Assembly: GCA_024643985.1 (NCBI GenBank)
Contig: JAHELW010000001.1
Coordinates: forward strand, 15,884 to 79,883
Source: Myxococcales bacterium
GTDB lineage: Bacteria > Myxococcota_A > Polyangia > Polyangiales > Houyiibacteriaceae
Direction: 5' to 3'
DNA length: 64,000 nucleotides
The notes beneath the pieces are model-generated. The model searched no databases. It saw only the letters and a list, made by a program, of their open reading frames with translations, and was not told the origin of the DNA. Both the position numbers and the translations under genes were made by a program. Positions 1 to 8,820 of the stretch are shown here, piece by piece (positions within the stretch are counted from its first letter, which is position 1; the number at the start of each line of letters is the position of its first letter).

Positions 1-144
1 CCGCGTGCCGAGCGGGAGCAGCTCGTAGATGCCGGCGCCGACCATTCGCGCGTACCCTGCACGAAGCATGAGCACGTGCGACGGCATCGTCGCCTCCTTG
101 GGAACCTCCTTGACCGTCGGGATGAACGCCCGCGAATAGCGCAT
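1..144 (-). CDS. proS: prolyl-tRNA synthetase, N-terminal fragment (continues beyond left edge)
   Basis: Reverse-strand translation from ATG at 144..142 reads [48 protein letters not shown], the canonical ProS N-terminus. Confidence 0.85.
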   Translation of the reverse strand, partial: MRYSRAFIPTVKEVPKEATMPSHVLMLRAGYARMVGAGIYELLPLGTR

Positions 145-209
145 GGCGGCGTCCTAGCAGGCGGACAAGGGGGGTTCCACCGGGGTCCGAAGACCCCGGT
201 GCCTCCGCA

Positions 210-1445
210 TCAGGTGCCGATGACGAAGCTGACGCTCGTGGTGCCCGAGCCGCCGATGTTCAGCGTCTGAACGTTCTTCGCGCCCTCGACCTGGTAGTCG
301 CCGGCCTCGCCGGTGACCTGCTTGTAGCCGTCGAGCACCTGGCGAACGCCGGTGGCGCCCACGGGGTGACCGGCGCCGATGAGACCGCCGCTCGGGTTGA
401 TCGGGGTCTTGCCGCCGAGGGCGATGTCGCCCTCCTCGATTGCCTTCCAGCTCTCCCCGGGCTTGGTCATGCCGAAATGATCGATCGCCATGTACTCGGA
501 GGTCGTGAAGCAGTCGTGCGTTTCGATGGCGTCGATGCCGCCCACGTCCGAGATCCCCGCGCGCTTCATGGCGCTCGTGACCGTGCTCCGGACGTGCGGC
601 AAGACGTACTGGTCGTTCGCGCTCTCCGCGATCTTGTCTGCGAAGCGGATGCGCGCCGTGTTGTGGCCCCAGCCCTTGATGCGGGGGATGTCGTCGAGCG
701 ATACCCCGACGCGATCGGCCCACTTCTTCGCGTACTCCGGCGAGGCCAGGAGGAGCGCAGCGGCGCCGTCGGTCACCTGCGAGCAGTCGGAGATGTGGAT
801 TCGGCCGCCGATGGTGCCGTTGTACTCGTCACGGCTCATCGCGTGGTCGTAGTTCATGTACCACGTGCGCGTCTGGGCGTTCGGGTTGAGCTTGGCGTTC
901 GCGTAGTTGACCGTGCTGATCTCCGCGAGGTGCTCGTCCTTGAGGCCGTAGCGCTTGTCGTACTCGTCGCCGAGCTTTCCGAAGAGCTTCGGGAACGGGA
1001 ACTCGACGCCCTTGGCTTCGAGCTCGTACCACGCCGCGGTGCCGAGGAAGTCGCCCCCCTCGCCGGGCCCGACGGTCTTCATCTGCTCGACGCCGACGAC
1101 GCACGCGAGGTCGTATCGCTGCGCCTCGATCTCGGCGGACGCGGCCAGGATTGCAATGCTGCCCGATGCGCAAGCGGCTTCGTGCCGCGCGGTCGGAAGC
1201 CCGCTGAACGCCGGGTCGATCTCGAGGAAGAAGGCGCCGAGATGGCCCTGCTTGCTGTAGAGCTCGCCGGCGAAGTTGCCCGTGTGGGCCACGTCGATTT
1301 CGCTCGGCTCGATTCGGGTCTTGTCGAGCGCGCCTAGCACCGCCTCGCGCATCATCGCGACGAAGTGTTTCTTTTCCTTGCTCCAGTTGCGGGCAAAGTC
1401 GGTCTGGTAGCCGCCGAGGACGTAAACTTCTGGAACCTGTGCCAT
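210..1445 (-). CDS. thiolase-like protein (SCP-x / lipid-transfer type acetyl-CoA acyltransferase)
   Basis: ORF 210..1457 has thiolase motifs HEAACASGS (active-site Cys context), GHPVGATG and NIGGSGTT. ATG at 1445 is preferred over the TTG at 1457. It lies 22 bp downstream of the 3-hydroxyacyl-CoA dehydrogenase gene. Confidence 0.85.
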   Translation of the reverse strand: MAQVPEVYVLGGYQTDFARNWSKEKKHFVAMMREAVLGALDKTRIEPSEIDVAHTGNFAGELYSKQGHLGAFFLEIDPAFSGLPTARHEAACASGSIAILAASAEIEAQRYDLACVVGVEQMKTVGPGEGGDFLGTAAWYELEAKGVEFPFPKLFGKLGDEYDKRYGLKDEHLAEISTVNYANAKLNPNAQTRTWYMNYDHAMSRDEYNGTIGGRIHISDCSQVTDGAAALLLASPEYAKKWADRVGVSLDDIPRIKGWGHNTARIRFADKIAESANDQYVLPHVRSTVTSAMKRAGISDVGGIDAIETHDCFTTSEYMAIDHFGMTKPGESWKAIEEGDIALGGKTPINPSGGLIGAGHPVGATGVRQVLDGYKQVTGEAGDYQVEGAKNVQTLNIGGSGTTSVSFVIGT

Positions 1446-1467
1446 TTCTTTCACCAATACCTTTCGT

Positions 1468-2808
1468 CTACGCTGCGACGAAGAACTTCCCTACGTTGAC
1501 CCGGGGGTCGTCGAAGAATTTCGTGCCCTCCTGGGCGTTTGCGAGCGCGGGCGGCACCGGGAGGCCCGCCTTCTCGATCATCTGAATGGTGGGCTTGAGC
1601 CCGATCGTATCGACCAAGACGCCTGGAGGCGCCCAGTTGAAGCCGAAGCCCATGATGCGGTCGATGCCCGAGATGTCGTCGGTCACTTCCCCGACTCGGT
1701 GGAACGAGTAGCTGATGTAGCCGGCGATCACCTTCTGTGCGACCTCGGCGTACGGTCCGGTCGCCGCAGCAAATGCCCGCATGCCGTCCTCGTAGCGGCC
1801 GACCCGATGAAGATTCGAAATCGTGTCGATGAATGCGAGGTCGGGCCGCGAAATCGACGTCTTGCCGACGTATTTCTGCGTCTTCGGCTCGAGGACGATT
1901 CGCTCTCCAGCGTCGTCCTTTCCGAAGAAGCCACCGCCGGTCTTCCGGCCCAGCACGCCCTTGGCCATGAGGTCGGCCATGTACTGCGGTAGCTTCAGCG
2001 TCTCGTGTGCTTCGTCCGGAGCGAGCTCGTAGATGTTGTCGACGATCGCGCGATGGATGTCCCAGCCGACGAGATCGATCGTTGCGAGCGGCGTCATCGC
2101 GCGGCCCGTGTAGGGGCCGACGAGCTCGTCGATGAGAATCGGCCCGTGCTCTTCGGCGAGGATCGCGCACTCGTTGAGCACCTTGAAGCCGATGCGGTTG
2201 CCCGCGAAGCCGGGGGTGTCGGCCGTCCGCACCATCGCCCGGCCGAGACGAACCGTGCAAAACGCATCGATGAAATCGACGAGCTTCGGGTCGGTATCCT
2301 TTCCGGCGACGAGCTCCGTGCCGACGATCACGTTCGGTGGATTGAAGAAATGCAACCCGAGGAAGTTCTTTCGGAACGAATCGCTCCGCCCTTCGGCGAG
2401 CATGTTGATCGACAGACCGGATGTGACGGTCGCCACGATCGAGTCCGGCCGCCGCACCGCATCGATGCGGTCGAAGAACTGCTTTTTCAGATCGAGCTGC
2501 TCGGTCACGGCCTCGAAGATCAGGTCCGCTTCGGCCACCACGCGGTCGAAGTCGGCCTCGTAGCTGCCGGTATCGACGCGGTTCGACACCGTGCTCGAGC
2601 GCACCATCTTGACGGCCGCCGCGAGCCCTCCGTCGGCCTTTTCTTTGGTTCGGGCCAAAAAGGTGACCCGGGGCACGGCTGTGGTGAACAGCGCCCCGCT
2701 TCCAAGGCCCATCGCGCCGTTCGCGCCGAGGACCACCACGTGTTTGATCTCGCGGGAGCTCAACAAATCCGCAGACTTGCCTCCTGCCGCTGTTGGGGTC
2801 GACAACAT
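1468..2808 (-). CDS. 3-hydroxyacyl-CoA dehydrogenase family protein
   Basis: Rossmann motif VVVLGANGAMGLG, plus LGLHFFNPPNV and TPGFAGNRIGF typical of the 3HCDH NAD-binding and C-terminal domains. ATG at 2808 is preceded by AAGGA. Confidence 0.85.
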   Translation of the reverse strand: MLSTPTAAGGKSADLLSSREIKHVVVLGANGAMGLGSGALFTTAVPRVTFLARTKEKADGGLAAAVKMVRSSTVSNRVDTGSYEADFDRVVAEADLIFEAVTEQLDLKKQFFDRIDAVRRPDSIVATVTSGLSINMLAEGRSDSFRKNFLGLHFFNPPNVIVGTELVAGKDTDPKLVDFIDAFCTVRLGRAMVRTADTPGFAGNRIGFKVLNECAILAEEHGPILIDELVGPYTGRAMTPLATIDLVGWDIHRAIVDNIYELAPDEAHETLKLPQYMADLMAKGVLGRKTGGGFFGKDDAGERIVLEPKTQKYVGKTSISRPDLAFIDTISNLHRVGRYEDGMRAFAAATGPYAEVAQKVIAGYISYSFHRVGEVTDDISGIDRIMGFGFNWAPPGVLVDTIGLKPTIQMIEKAGLPVPPALANAQEGTKFFDDPRVNVGKFFVAA

Positions 2809-3004
2809 CCTCAATCCTTTCTCAACCTCGGCCGTTTACAAGTTAACTGGCCGGGCTGCGTCAATGTGGGTGAAAGTGGCCCCGTAGTCAACTGAAACCA
2901 AACAAAAACAAGCATTTACAGCGATTTTACAACCCGCGCAATCCTTGCATTTCGGCCAACTAGCCGGGATCACAGCGATCTAACGCCGACCGTGATAGTG
3001 AAGC

Positions 3005-4045
3005 GTGGCGATGCAGGATCGCAGCACGGCCGAGGCGCTCGGGGTGTCCGAAGAAGCCGTCGCGCTTTTTCGAAGCGCCGATGCGATCGATCTGCACCTC
3101 GACTCGTTCATCTGGCACCGGGTCTTCGGGTACGACCTCGGTCGCCCGCACCGCGGCGGCTTTCTCGGGCGGGGTTTCTTCGGGCACGCAGACTTTCCAA
3201 CCGCGATCGACTCGGGGCTCGGCGGCGCGACCTGGGTGATCACGACCAACCCGTTTCGCCGGTCTCGCGGGCGGCGCCGCGCCTTCGAGACCAATCTTCG
3301 GTTGCTTTGCACCATGCTCGACGAGGCCGTTGGCATCCGGCGCGTGCGGACGGCGGCGGAGTTCCGGCTGGCGCGGGCCGCGGGCGAGCACGGCGCCTTC
3401 GTGGGCATCCAAGGTGGGAACGCCCTGGGCGACGATCTCGAGGCAATGGATGCCCTCGCCGATCGTTCGGTGCTGCGAATCACGCTGGTCCACCTGACCG
3501 CCTCCCGCATCGGGGCCCCGAGCCTGCCGACCTCCCGACGAACCGGCCTCACGGCGCTCGGGCGCGCGTACGTCGAGCGGTTGAACGAGCTCCGCATCGG
3601 AGTCGACCTAGCGCACATCAACCGGCAGGGCTTCTTCGACGCGGTCGAGGTCCACGACCGGTCGCAGCCCCTTTTCGTGACTCACACCGGTCTCTCCGGC
3701 GTCCACGACCACTGGCGGAACATCGACGACGAGCAGCTTCGACGCATCGCCGACACCGGAGGGACCGTCGGGGTCATTCTGCATGCGGCGTATCTCGGTC
3801 GCCGCGGCGTGAACGCCAAGACCGTCGTCGACCACGTTTCGCACATCGTCGAAACGGTTGGCGACGATCATGCCTCGATCGGCTCGGACTACGACGGCTC
3901 GATCATTCCGCCGAAGGACTTGCCGGGCGTCTGGGCGCTTCCCCGCCTCGTGCAGGAGATGCTCGACCGGGGTTGGTCCGACGAGCGGATCCGGAAGATC
4001 CTCGGTGGCAACGCGCTTCGCGCCATCGAGGCGTTGCGCGGTTAG
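3005..4045 (+). CDS. membrane dipeptidase (peptidase family M19)
   Basis: M19 signature blocks: DLHLDS, VHLT, DLAHI, FVTHTG, IGSDYDG, ILGGNALR. The start is either GTG 3005 or ATG 3011. Confidence 0.85.
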   Translation: MAMQDRSTAEALGVSEEAVALFRSADAIDLHLDSFIWHRVFGYDLGRPHRGGFLGRGFFGHADFPTAIDSGLGGATWVITTNPFRRSRGRRRAFETNLRLLCTMLDEAVGIRRVRTAAEFRLARAAGEHGAFVGIQGGNALGDDLEAMDALADRSVLRITLVHLTASRIGAPSLPTSRRTGLTALGRAYVERLNELRIGVDLAHINRQGFFDAVEVHDRSQPLFVTHTGLSGVHDHWRNIDDEQLRRIADTGGTVGVILHAAYLGRRGVNAKTVVDHVSHIVETVGDDHASIGSDYDGSIIPPKDLPGVWALPRLVQEMLDRGWSDERIRKILGGNALRAIEALRG

Positions 4046-4068
4046 CCGGCCCGCCGCACCCTAGGTCC

Positions 4069-4488
4069 ATGGCACTCCTCGAACAGATCGACGCCGATCT
4101 AAAAAAGGCAATGCTCGCGCGCGACCACGTCACCCGGGACACCCTTCGCATGATCAAGTCGGAGCTCCTGACGCTCGACGAGCCCGACGAGATCGCGGTG
4201 CTCACGCGCGCGGTGAAGTCGCGGCGGGACAGCATCGAGAGCTACCTCGAAGGCGGCCGCCAGGATCTCGCGGACAAGGAACGAGCCGAGATCGACGTGA
4301 TCCAGCGCTACTTGCCCAAGGCTCTGACCGAAGACGAGGTGCGCGACGCGATCGCTGCGATCATCGAGGAGCACGGTCTTTCGGGAAAAAAGGACCTCGG
4401 CAGGGTCATGAAGGAAGTGCGGTCACGTCACCCGGGCCAGGTCGATGGCAAGCTGGCCTCGACGCTCGCAGCGGAGCTGCTTGGATGA
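4069..4488 (+). CDS. GatB/YqeY domain protein
   Basis: MALLEQIDADLKKAMLARD...RDTLRMIKSE...IQRYLPKALTEDEV...GKKDLGRVMKEV is the typical YqeY layout. It is the in-frame ATG at 4069 inside the spurious long ORF 2992..4488. Confidence 0.85.
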   Translation: MALLEQIDADLKKAMLARDHVTRDTLRMIKSELLTLDEPDEIAVLTRAVKSRRDSIESYLEGGRQDLADKERAEIDVIQRYLPKALTEDEVRDAIAAIIEEHGLSGKKDLGRVMKEVRSRHPGQVDGKLASTLAAELLG

Positions 4489-4503
4489 CGTGCCGGGGCT
4501 CCT

Positions 4504-5688
4504 CTACTGGGATGCCCACCACATGCGGAACCGCTCACGGATTGCGCGTCGGTCACCGGCCGGCATGTTGACGCGATAGCCGAAATCCTGGCCGGCGATT
4601 CGAACCAAATCCCGGCTCGCAATCGCTCGAATCTCCGGGTCTTCGTGATCGAGGCTATCGATCAGCCAGAGGGTGCGCGGCTCTTCCCGATGCGCCTCGA
4701 ACCAGGCACTCCAGTCGGATTGGTCCGTTCCGAAATCTTGGGCGGTCAGCATGCGAAGTACGCGCCACGCCGCTTCGCCGAGCACGCTTCGCTCGGTGAT
4801 CGCTGGCAGGAGTGACTCGACGGCGCGCTCGTCGCGAAGCACGGCAAGCGCACGCATGGCAAGCAGCCGCGAGCGCTGGTCGGCATCGGAGGCGACGGCC
4901 AGCGTGCGAAGCGACTCCTCGAGCTCCTCGACGCCATCTTGCTGCCGAAATGCTTCCAGCGCGTACAGCGCACTTCGCGAAACCCCCTGATCGTCGTCGA
5001 ACAGCGCGGTGGCGAGGGGCTCGAGGAGAGCGGGGCTCGGGAGCTCCGCAGCGACCAAGGCTGCGTAGTAGCGCGTCTCTGGCTCCTCGGATTTCAAGAG
5101 CTCGGCGACGTAGGGCGCCGCGGCGTCGCCAAAAGCCACCAGGGTTCTGCAGAGGCCGGAGACGCTCCTACCGGCAGGCGGACGAACGTGGGGCTCCCAA
5201 CGGTTGAACCAGAGCCGGCCCGGAAAGAGGTCGCGCAGGGCGGGAAGCGCATCCTCGCCGAGCGCCAGCAGCGCGCCGTGCTCGGGGGCCTCCTCGTTCG
5301 GCCCGTGCGTACCGAGGCGAGCAACCATGGCGTGCAAGCGCGCGCTGAGGTCGGGAGGCTCGAGCTCCGGTGCAGGCGTCCTCGGTGCCGTTCCGACCGC
5401 GGTGAGGTCGCCGACGTTCAGATGCTCCACCAGAAACTTGATTGCGACGGCGCGTGCGGCCTCGCCTCTCGCTGGAGGGATGCTCGTCCACCTACGGAAC
5501 GCTTTGCCGAGCTCGCGGTCCGGCCACCATTTCGCTTCGAGACTGTCGCCCGGCGGTGGATTCGACGTTCGCCAACGCCCGTCCGGCGGGTTCGAGGTCG
5601 GTGGGTCGGTAGGGCTCGGGGCCTCCACCCGATCGGACTGCGGGTTCTTGATCAGGTACGTCGAGTCGCGACTCTTTCCGGATCCCAT
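4504..5688 (-). CDS. HEAT-repeat protein (function unknown)
   Basis: C-terminal two thirds contain repeated helical pairs with HEAT-like strings (LLKSEEPETRYYAALVAAEL, DADQRSRLLAMRALAVLRDERAVESLL, HEDPEIRAIASRDLVRI). The start is uncertain: ATG 5688, or TTG 5718 overlapping the upstream stop. Confidence 0.5.
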   Translation of the reverse strand: MGSGKSRDSTYLIKNPQSDRVEAPSPTDPPTSNPPDGRWRTSNPPPGDSLEAKWWPDRELGKAFRRWTSIPPARGEAARAVAIKFLVEHLNVGDLTAVGTAPRTPAPELEPPDLSARLHAMVARLGTHGPNEEAPEHGALLALGEDALPALRDLFPGRLWFNRWEPHVRPPAGRSVSGLCRTLVAFGDAAAPYVAELLKSEEPETRYYAALVAAELPSPALLEPLATALFDDDQGVSRSALYALEAFRQQDGVEELEESLRTLAVASDADQRSRLLAMRALAVLRDERAVESLLPAITERSVLGEAAWRVLRMLTAQDFGTDQSDWSAWFEAHREEPRTLWLIDSLDHEDPEIRAIASRDLVRIAGQDFGYRVNMPAGDRRAIRERFRMWWASQ

Positions 5689-5714
5689 GGAAGTCCAGGG
5701 TACACCAATCCCTC

Positions 5715-6773
5715 TCAAACGAGCATTTTGATCCGGCGCTCCTCCTGCGCGGTGCCGGGCCGGCCCGCGGCTGCCTCCCGAAGAAGCTTCTTGATACGCA
5801 ATCCGAGAACGTCGATTTCGGTCGATGCGAACTCCTCGCCTCCGAAGCGGGCGACCTGCTCGGTTTGCCGCCGAAGGATCTCGATGTCCTGGCGCAGGAT
5901 CCGCATCGCAACGGGCTTGAAAACCGTCCGCAAGACGGCGTTCGGCACCGGTACCTTGACCGCGACCGTGGCGAACAAGTCGGTCGTCGTCGCGTTTCGC
6001 GGCGTCAGCGCCGCAGTCGTCACGATGTGACTTCGATCGCTGAGGCGGTACTCCACCTGCGCGATCGACGGCAGTAGGAACCGGTCCCAGTGAAAGACCT
6101 CACCGCCACTAGGGGCGAGAATGCGGCCGACCACGCCCTTCGGTCTCTCTTCGCCGATGAACTCGGCCTCCACACCCCCGTCCAGCGCACGGATGACGAC
6201 CTCGATGGGTTTGCGGTCCTCGTTCCTTCGGAAGAGCCCCGAATGCACGAAGGCAGTGTGCGGGACGTCCAAGGCGTTCTCCGCGACCGCATCGAGCGGA
6301 CCGGGCATCTCCAGATGCTCGCGGATGGTGAGATACTCTGGAGCGTCCGCGCACGGGATGTCGTACGGCTCGGTCGCCGGGGCGACGTCGGGCTCGGAGT
6401 AGACCCACACCCAGCCCTGCGAATCTCGGCATGCAAACGACGGAACGCGCCGAGCAGGATGATCGGGCTCGGTGCACAACCCTGGAACCGCGCGGCAGAC
6501 GCCTGCACCGTCGAATCGCCAACCGTGATAGTGGCACTGGATGTTGCCGTCGACGATCCGTCCCGCCGACAGCGGTGCGTTGCGGTGCGAACAGCGATCC
6601 AGCAGCGCGACACTCTGTCCATGCGCGTCACGAAATGTAACGAGTGGTAAACCGTTCAACGTGACGGCGATCGGGCCGTGTTTGAGGTCGCGACTCGCTG
6701 CAACGACGTACCAGCCAGAAACGAAAGCAGCGCTTTCGCTCGAGTTGTCGATGTGTCGCAGTTGTTTCGTCAT
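5715..6773 (-). CDS. Rieske [2Fe-2S] non-haem iron oxygenase (PaO/Tic55-like alpha subunit)
   Basis: Rieske motif CSHRNAPL...CHYHGWRF, with downstream ENALDVPHTAFVH as the mononuclear Fe site. ATG at 6773 (MTKQLRH) is chosen. The gene is divergent from the TetR gene. Confidence 0.8.
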   Translation of the reverse strand: MTKQLRHIDNSSESAAFVSGWYVVAASRDLKHGPIAVTLNGLPLVTFRDAHGQSVALLDRCSHRNAPLSAGRIVDGNIQCHYHGWRFDGAGVCRAVPGLCTEPDHPARRVPSFACRDSQGWVWVYSEPDVAPATEPYDIPCADAPEYLTIREHLEMPGPLDAVAENALDVPHTAFVHSGLFRRNEDRKPIEVVIRALDGGVEAEFIGEERPKGVVGRILAPSGGEVFHWDRFLLPSIAQVEYRLSDRSHIVTTAALTPRNATTTDLFATVAVKVPVPNAVLRTVFKPVAMRILRQDIEILRRQTEQVARFGGEEFASTEIDVLGLRIKKLLREAAAGRPGTAQEERRIKMLV

Positions 6774-6805
6774 GGTGACATGCGCGCATTTTCTGCGTTC
6801 GGGGG

Positions 6806-6840
6806 ATCGTGCTTTCTTTCCTCCGCGTAAATAGCACGAT
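6806..6840. promoter_or_regulatory. 8-bp inverted repeat in the Rieske/TetR divergent intergenic region (candidate operator or hairpin)
   Basis: ATCGTGCT (6806-6813) and AGCACGAT (6833-6840), 19-nt spacer. Confidence 0.3.
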
Positions 6841-6892
6841 TGCGACCCAACTTTCGATGGAACCGGGTCGATTCGACTGCTACACGAGGCGC

Positions 6893-7498
6893 ATGTCACG
6901 GCAAATGAACAAGGAACGCACGCGACGTCGTCTGCTTCAGTCGATTCTCAAGACGATCCATCGCCACGGCTACGGCGCGCTGACCACGGGGCGGGTCGCG
7001 CAGCTCGCGGGGGTCGCTCAGCCGACCTTTTACGTTCACTTCAGAAGCATGGACCACGCGCTCGAACAGGTGGCCGACTGGGTCTCCGAGGAGCTCCGTC
7101 CGAGCTTCGATGCTCAAGTGTCCGTCGAGTCGGACCGAGCCACGGATGTTTTGCGCGAGGCGCTGCTCAAGTGCACGCGCGCTCTCTCGCGCGACCGCAA
7201 GCTGGCCGAGGTGTTCCTGCGCAGTCGCCGGGATCAGACATCCGCGCTCGGCCGTCAGTGGTCGGCCCTCACCGCCCGACTACGAGACCGCATGCATCAA
7301 ATCGTGGTGCAGGTGCGTCCCGACATCTCGCGCGCGGATGCGGCGCTCCACGCGGAGCTTCTCGTGAGCTTGGTGTTCGGCTTGGCGGAGGCGCAGCTCG
7401 ACGGCCGTGTCGAGGACATCGAGCGTGGGGCGGCGGTTGCATCGCAGGCGATGGTCTCGAGCATCTCGAGAACTTCGACGGTTGCAGACGCCGCCTGA
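6893..7498 (+). CDS. TetR family transcriptional regulator
   Basis: N-terminal HTH YGALTTGRVAQLAGVAQPTFYVHFRS. The internal ATG at 6893 (MSRQMNKERTRRRL) is chosen. It sits directly upstream of the isovaleryl-CoA dehydrogenase gene. Confidence 0.85.
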   Translation: MSRQMNKERTRRRLLQSILKTIHRHGYGALTTGRVAQLAGVAQPTFYVHFRSMDHALEQVADWVSEELRPSFDAQVSVESDRATDVLREALLKCTRALSRDRKLAEVFLRSRRDQTSALGRQWSALTARLRDRMHQIVVQVRPDISRADAALHAELLVSLVFGLAEAQLDGRVEDIERGAAVASQAMVSSISRTSTVADAA

Positions 7499-7542
7499 CC
7501 GGTGGGCTTTCGATCCCCGGACTCGCGTGTTAGGTCCGCTGG

Positions 7543-8721
7543 GTGACCGATCTGTTCAATCCCACATCCGAGCACCGCGCGCTGCGGGAGCTCGTTCGCT
7601 CGTTCACGGAGCGGGAAGTCGATCCCCAGGCCGAGTCGTCCGATCATGGAGAGCGCTTCAACATCGAGCTGTTTCGCAAGCTCGGTGACCTCGGACTTCT
7701 CGGAGTCACCGTCGAAGAGCGGTTCGGCGGCTCCGGGCTCGACTCGGTAGCCGCGGTGATCGCGCACGAGGAGCTGGCCTCGGCCGATCCCGGTTTCACG
7801 CTCGCTTACCTCGCGCACTCGATGCTCTTTGCGAACAACCTTCAGGTCAACGGCAGCGACGAGCAGCGGGCCAAGTACCTTCCCGACGCGTGCACAGGCA
7901 AGAAGGTCTGCGGCATGTGCATGTCCGAGCCTGGCGCCGGTACCGACGTGCTCGGACTGCAGACCACCGCAGCCAGGAAAGGCGACCACTACGTCCTGAA
8001 CGGCGCGAAGATGTGGATCACGAACGGGGCCGTCAGCGACACCGAGCTGGGCGACACGTTTCTCGTGTACGCGAGGATCCAAGGGCAGCCGCGGAACCAG
8101 CTCTCCATGTTCATCGTGGAAAAAGGCTTTCCTGGCTTCAGCCTCGGTCAGAAGATCAAGGGCAAGCTCGGAATGCGGGCGTCGACGACCGCGGAGCTCG
8201 TCTTCGAGGACTGCGAAGTGCCCGAAGAGAACCTCGTCGGGGCCGAGGGTGGTGCGACCATCTGCATGATGCGGAACCTGGAGATCGAGCGCGTGACGTT
8301 GGCGGCCATGAGCCTCGGCATCGCTCGCCGGTCCATCGAGGTCATGAATCGCTACGCGAGCGAGCGGACGTCGTTCGGAAAACCGCTCCGGGAGTTTGGC
8401 CAGATTCAGCGATACATCGCGGAGTCCTATGCGGAGTTCATGGCGGGACGGGCGTACACCTACTACACGGCACACGAGCTTGCGCTGGACCAGCCGGGCC
8501 AGCGATTGGATTCAGACGGCGTCAAGCTGTTCACCTCCACGATGGGGAAGGAAATCGCAGATCGTGCGATTCAAGTGCTCGGAGGATACGGCTACGTGGC
8601 CGAGTACGCGGTCGAGCGCCTGTGGCGTGACTCGAAGCTGCTCGAGATCGGCGGCGGCACCCTCGAAGCCCATCAGAAGAACATGTGTCGGGAGCTTGCG
8701 CGCGTAGAGCGCCTTTTGTGA
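7543..8721 (+). CDS. ivd: isovaleryl-CoA dehydrogenase (acyl-CoA dehydrogenase family)
   Basis: Full-length ACAD with CMSEPGAGTDV, MWITNG and GGYGYVAEYAVERLWRDSKLLEIGGGT. The overall pattern matches IVD/LiuA, and the MCCase genes lie in the same window. Confidence 0.85.
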   Translation: MTDLFNPTSEHRALRELVRSFTEREVDPQAESSDHGERFNIELFRKLGDLGLLGVTVEERFGGSGLDSVAAVIAHEELASADPGFTLAYLAHSMLFANNLQVNGSDEQRAKYLPDACTGKKVCGMCMSEPGAGTDVLGLQTTAARKGDHYVLNGAKMWITNGAVSDTELGDTFLVYARIQGQPRNQLSMFIVEKGFPGFSLGQKIKGKLGMRASTTAELVFEDCEVPEENLVGAEGGATICMMRNLEIERVTLAAMSLGIARRSIEVMNRYASERTSFGKPLREFGQIQRYIAESYAEFMAGRAYTYYTAHELALDQPGQRLDSDGVKLFTSTMGKEIADRAIQVLGGYGYVAEYAVERLWRDSKLLEIGGGTLEAHQKNMCRELARVERLL

Positions 8722-8820
8722 GGCAACGCACAGGCGGGCAATCCCTTCCGCGTTTTCATGCCCGCGAAGTAGGCGACGCACGCATCCACCCGCTATGCTG
8801 TCTGCTGTGACGCGTTCCAG

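Noticed and set aside
2815-3004. Possible operator (imperfect palindrome around GTTTACAAGTTAACTGG, and three TTTACA hexamers) in the AT-richer divergent region between the 3HCDH operon and the dipeptidase gene
   Set aside because: The symmetry is imperfect and I cannot test conservation. It most likely just marks divergent promoters, so it is not reported as a feature.
2992-4488. 498-aa ORF spanning the dipeptidase region and the YqeY gene
   Set aside because: Only the last 139 codons (from ATG 4069) look like a real protein (GatB/YqeY). The upstream part is an Arg-rich out-of-frame read-through of the M19 dipeptidase gene.
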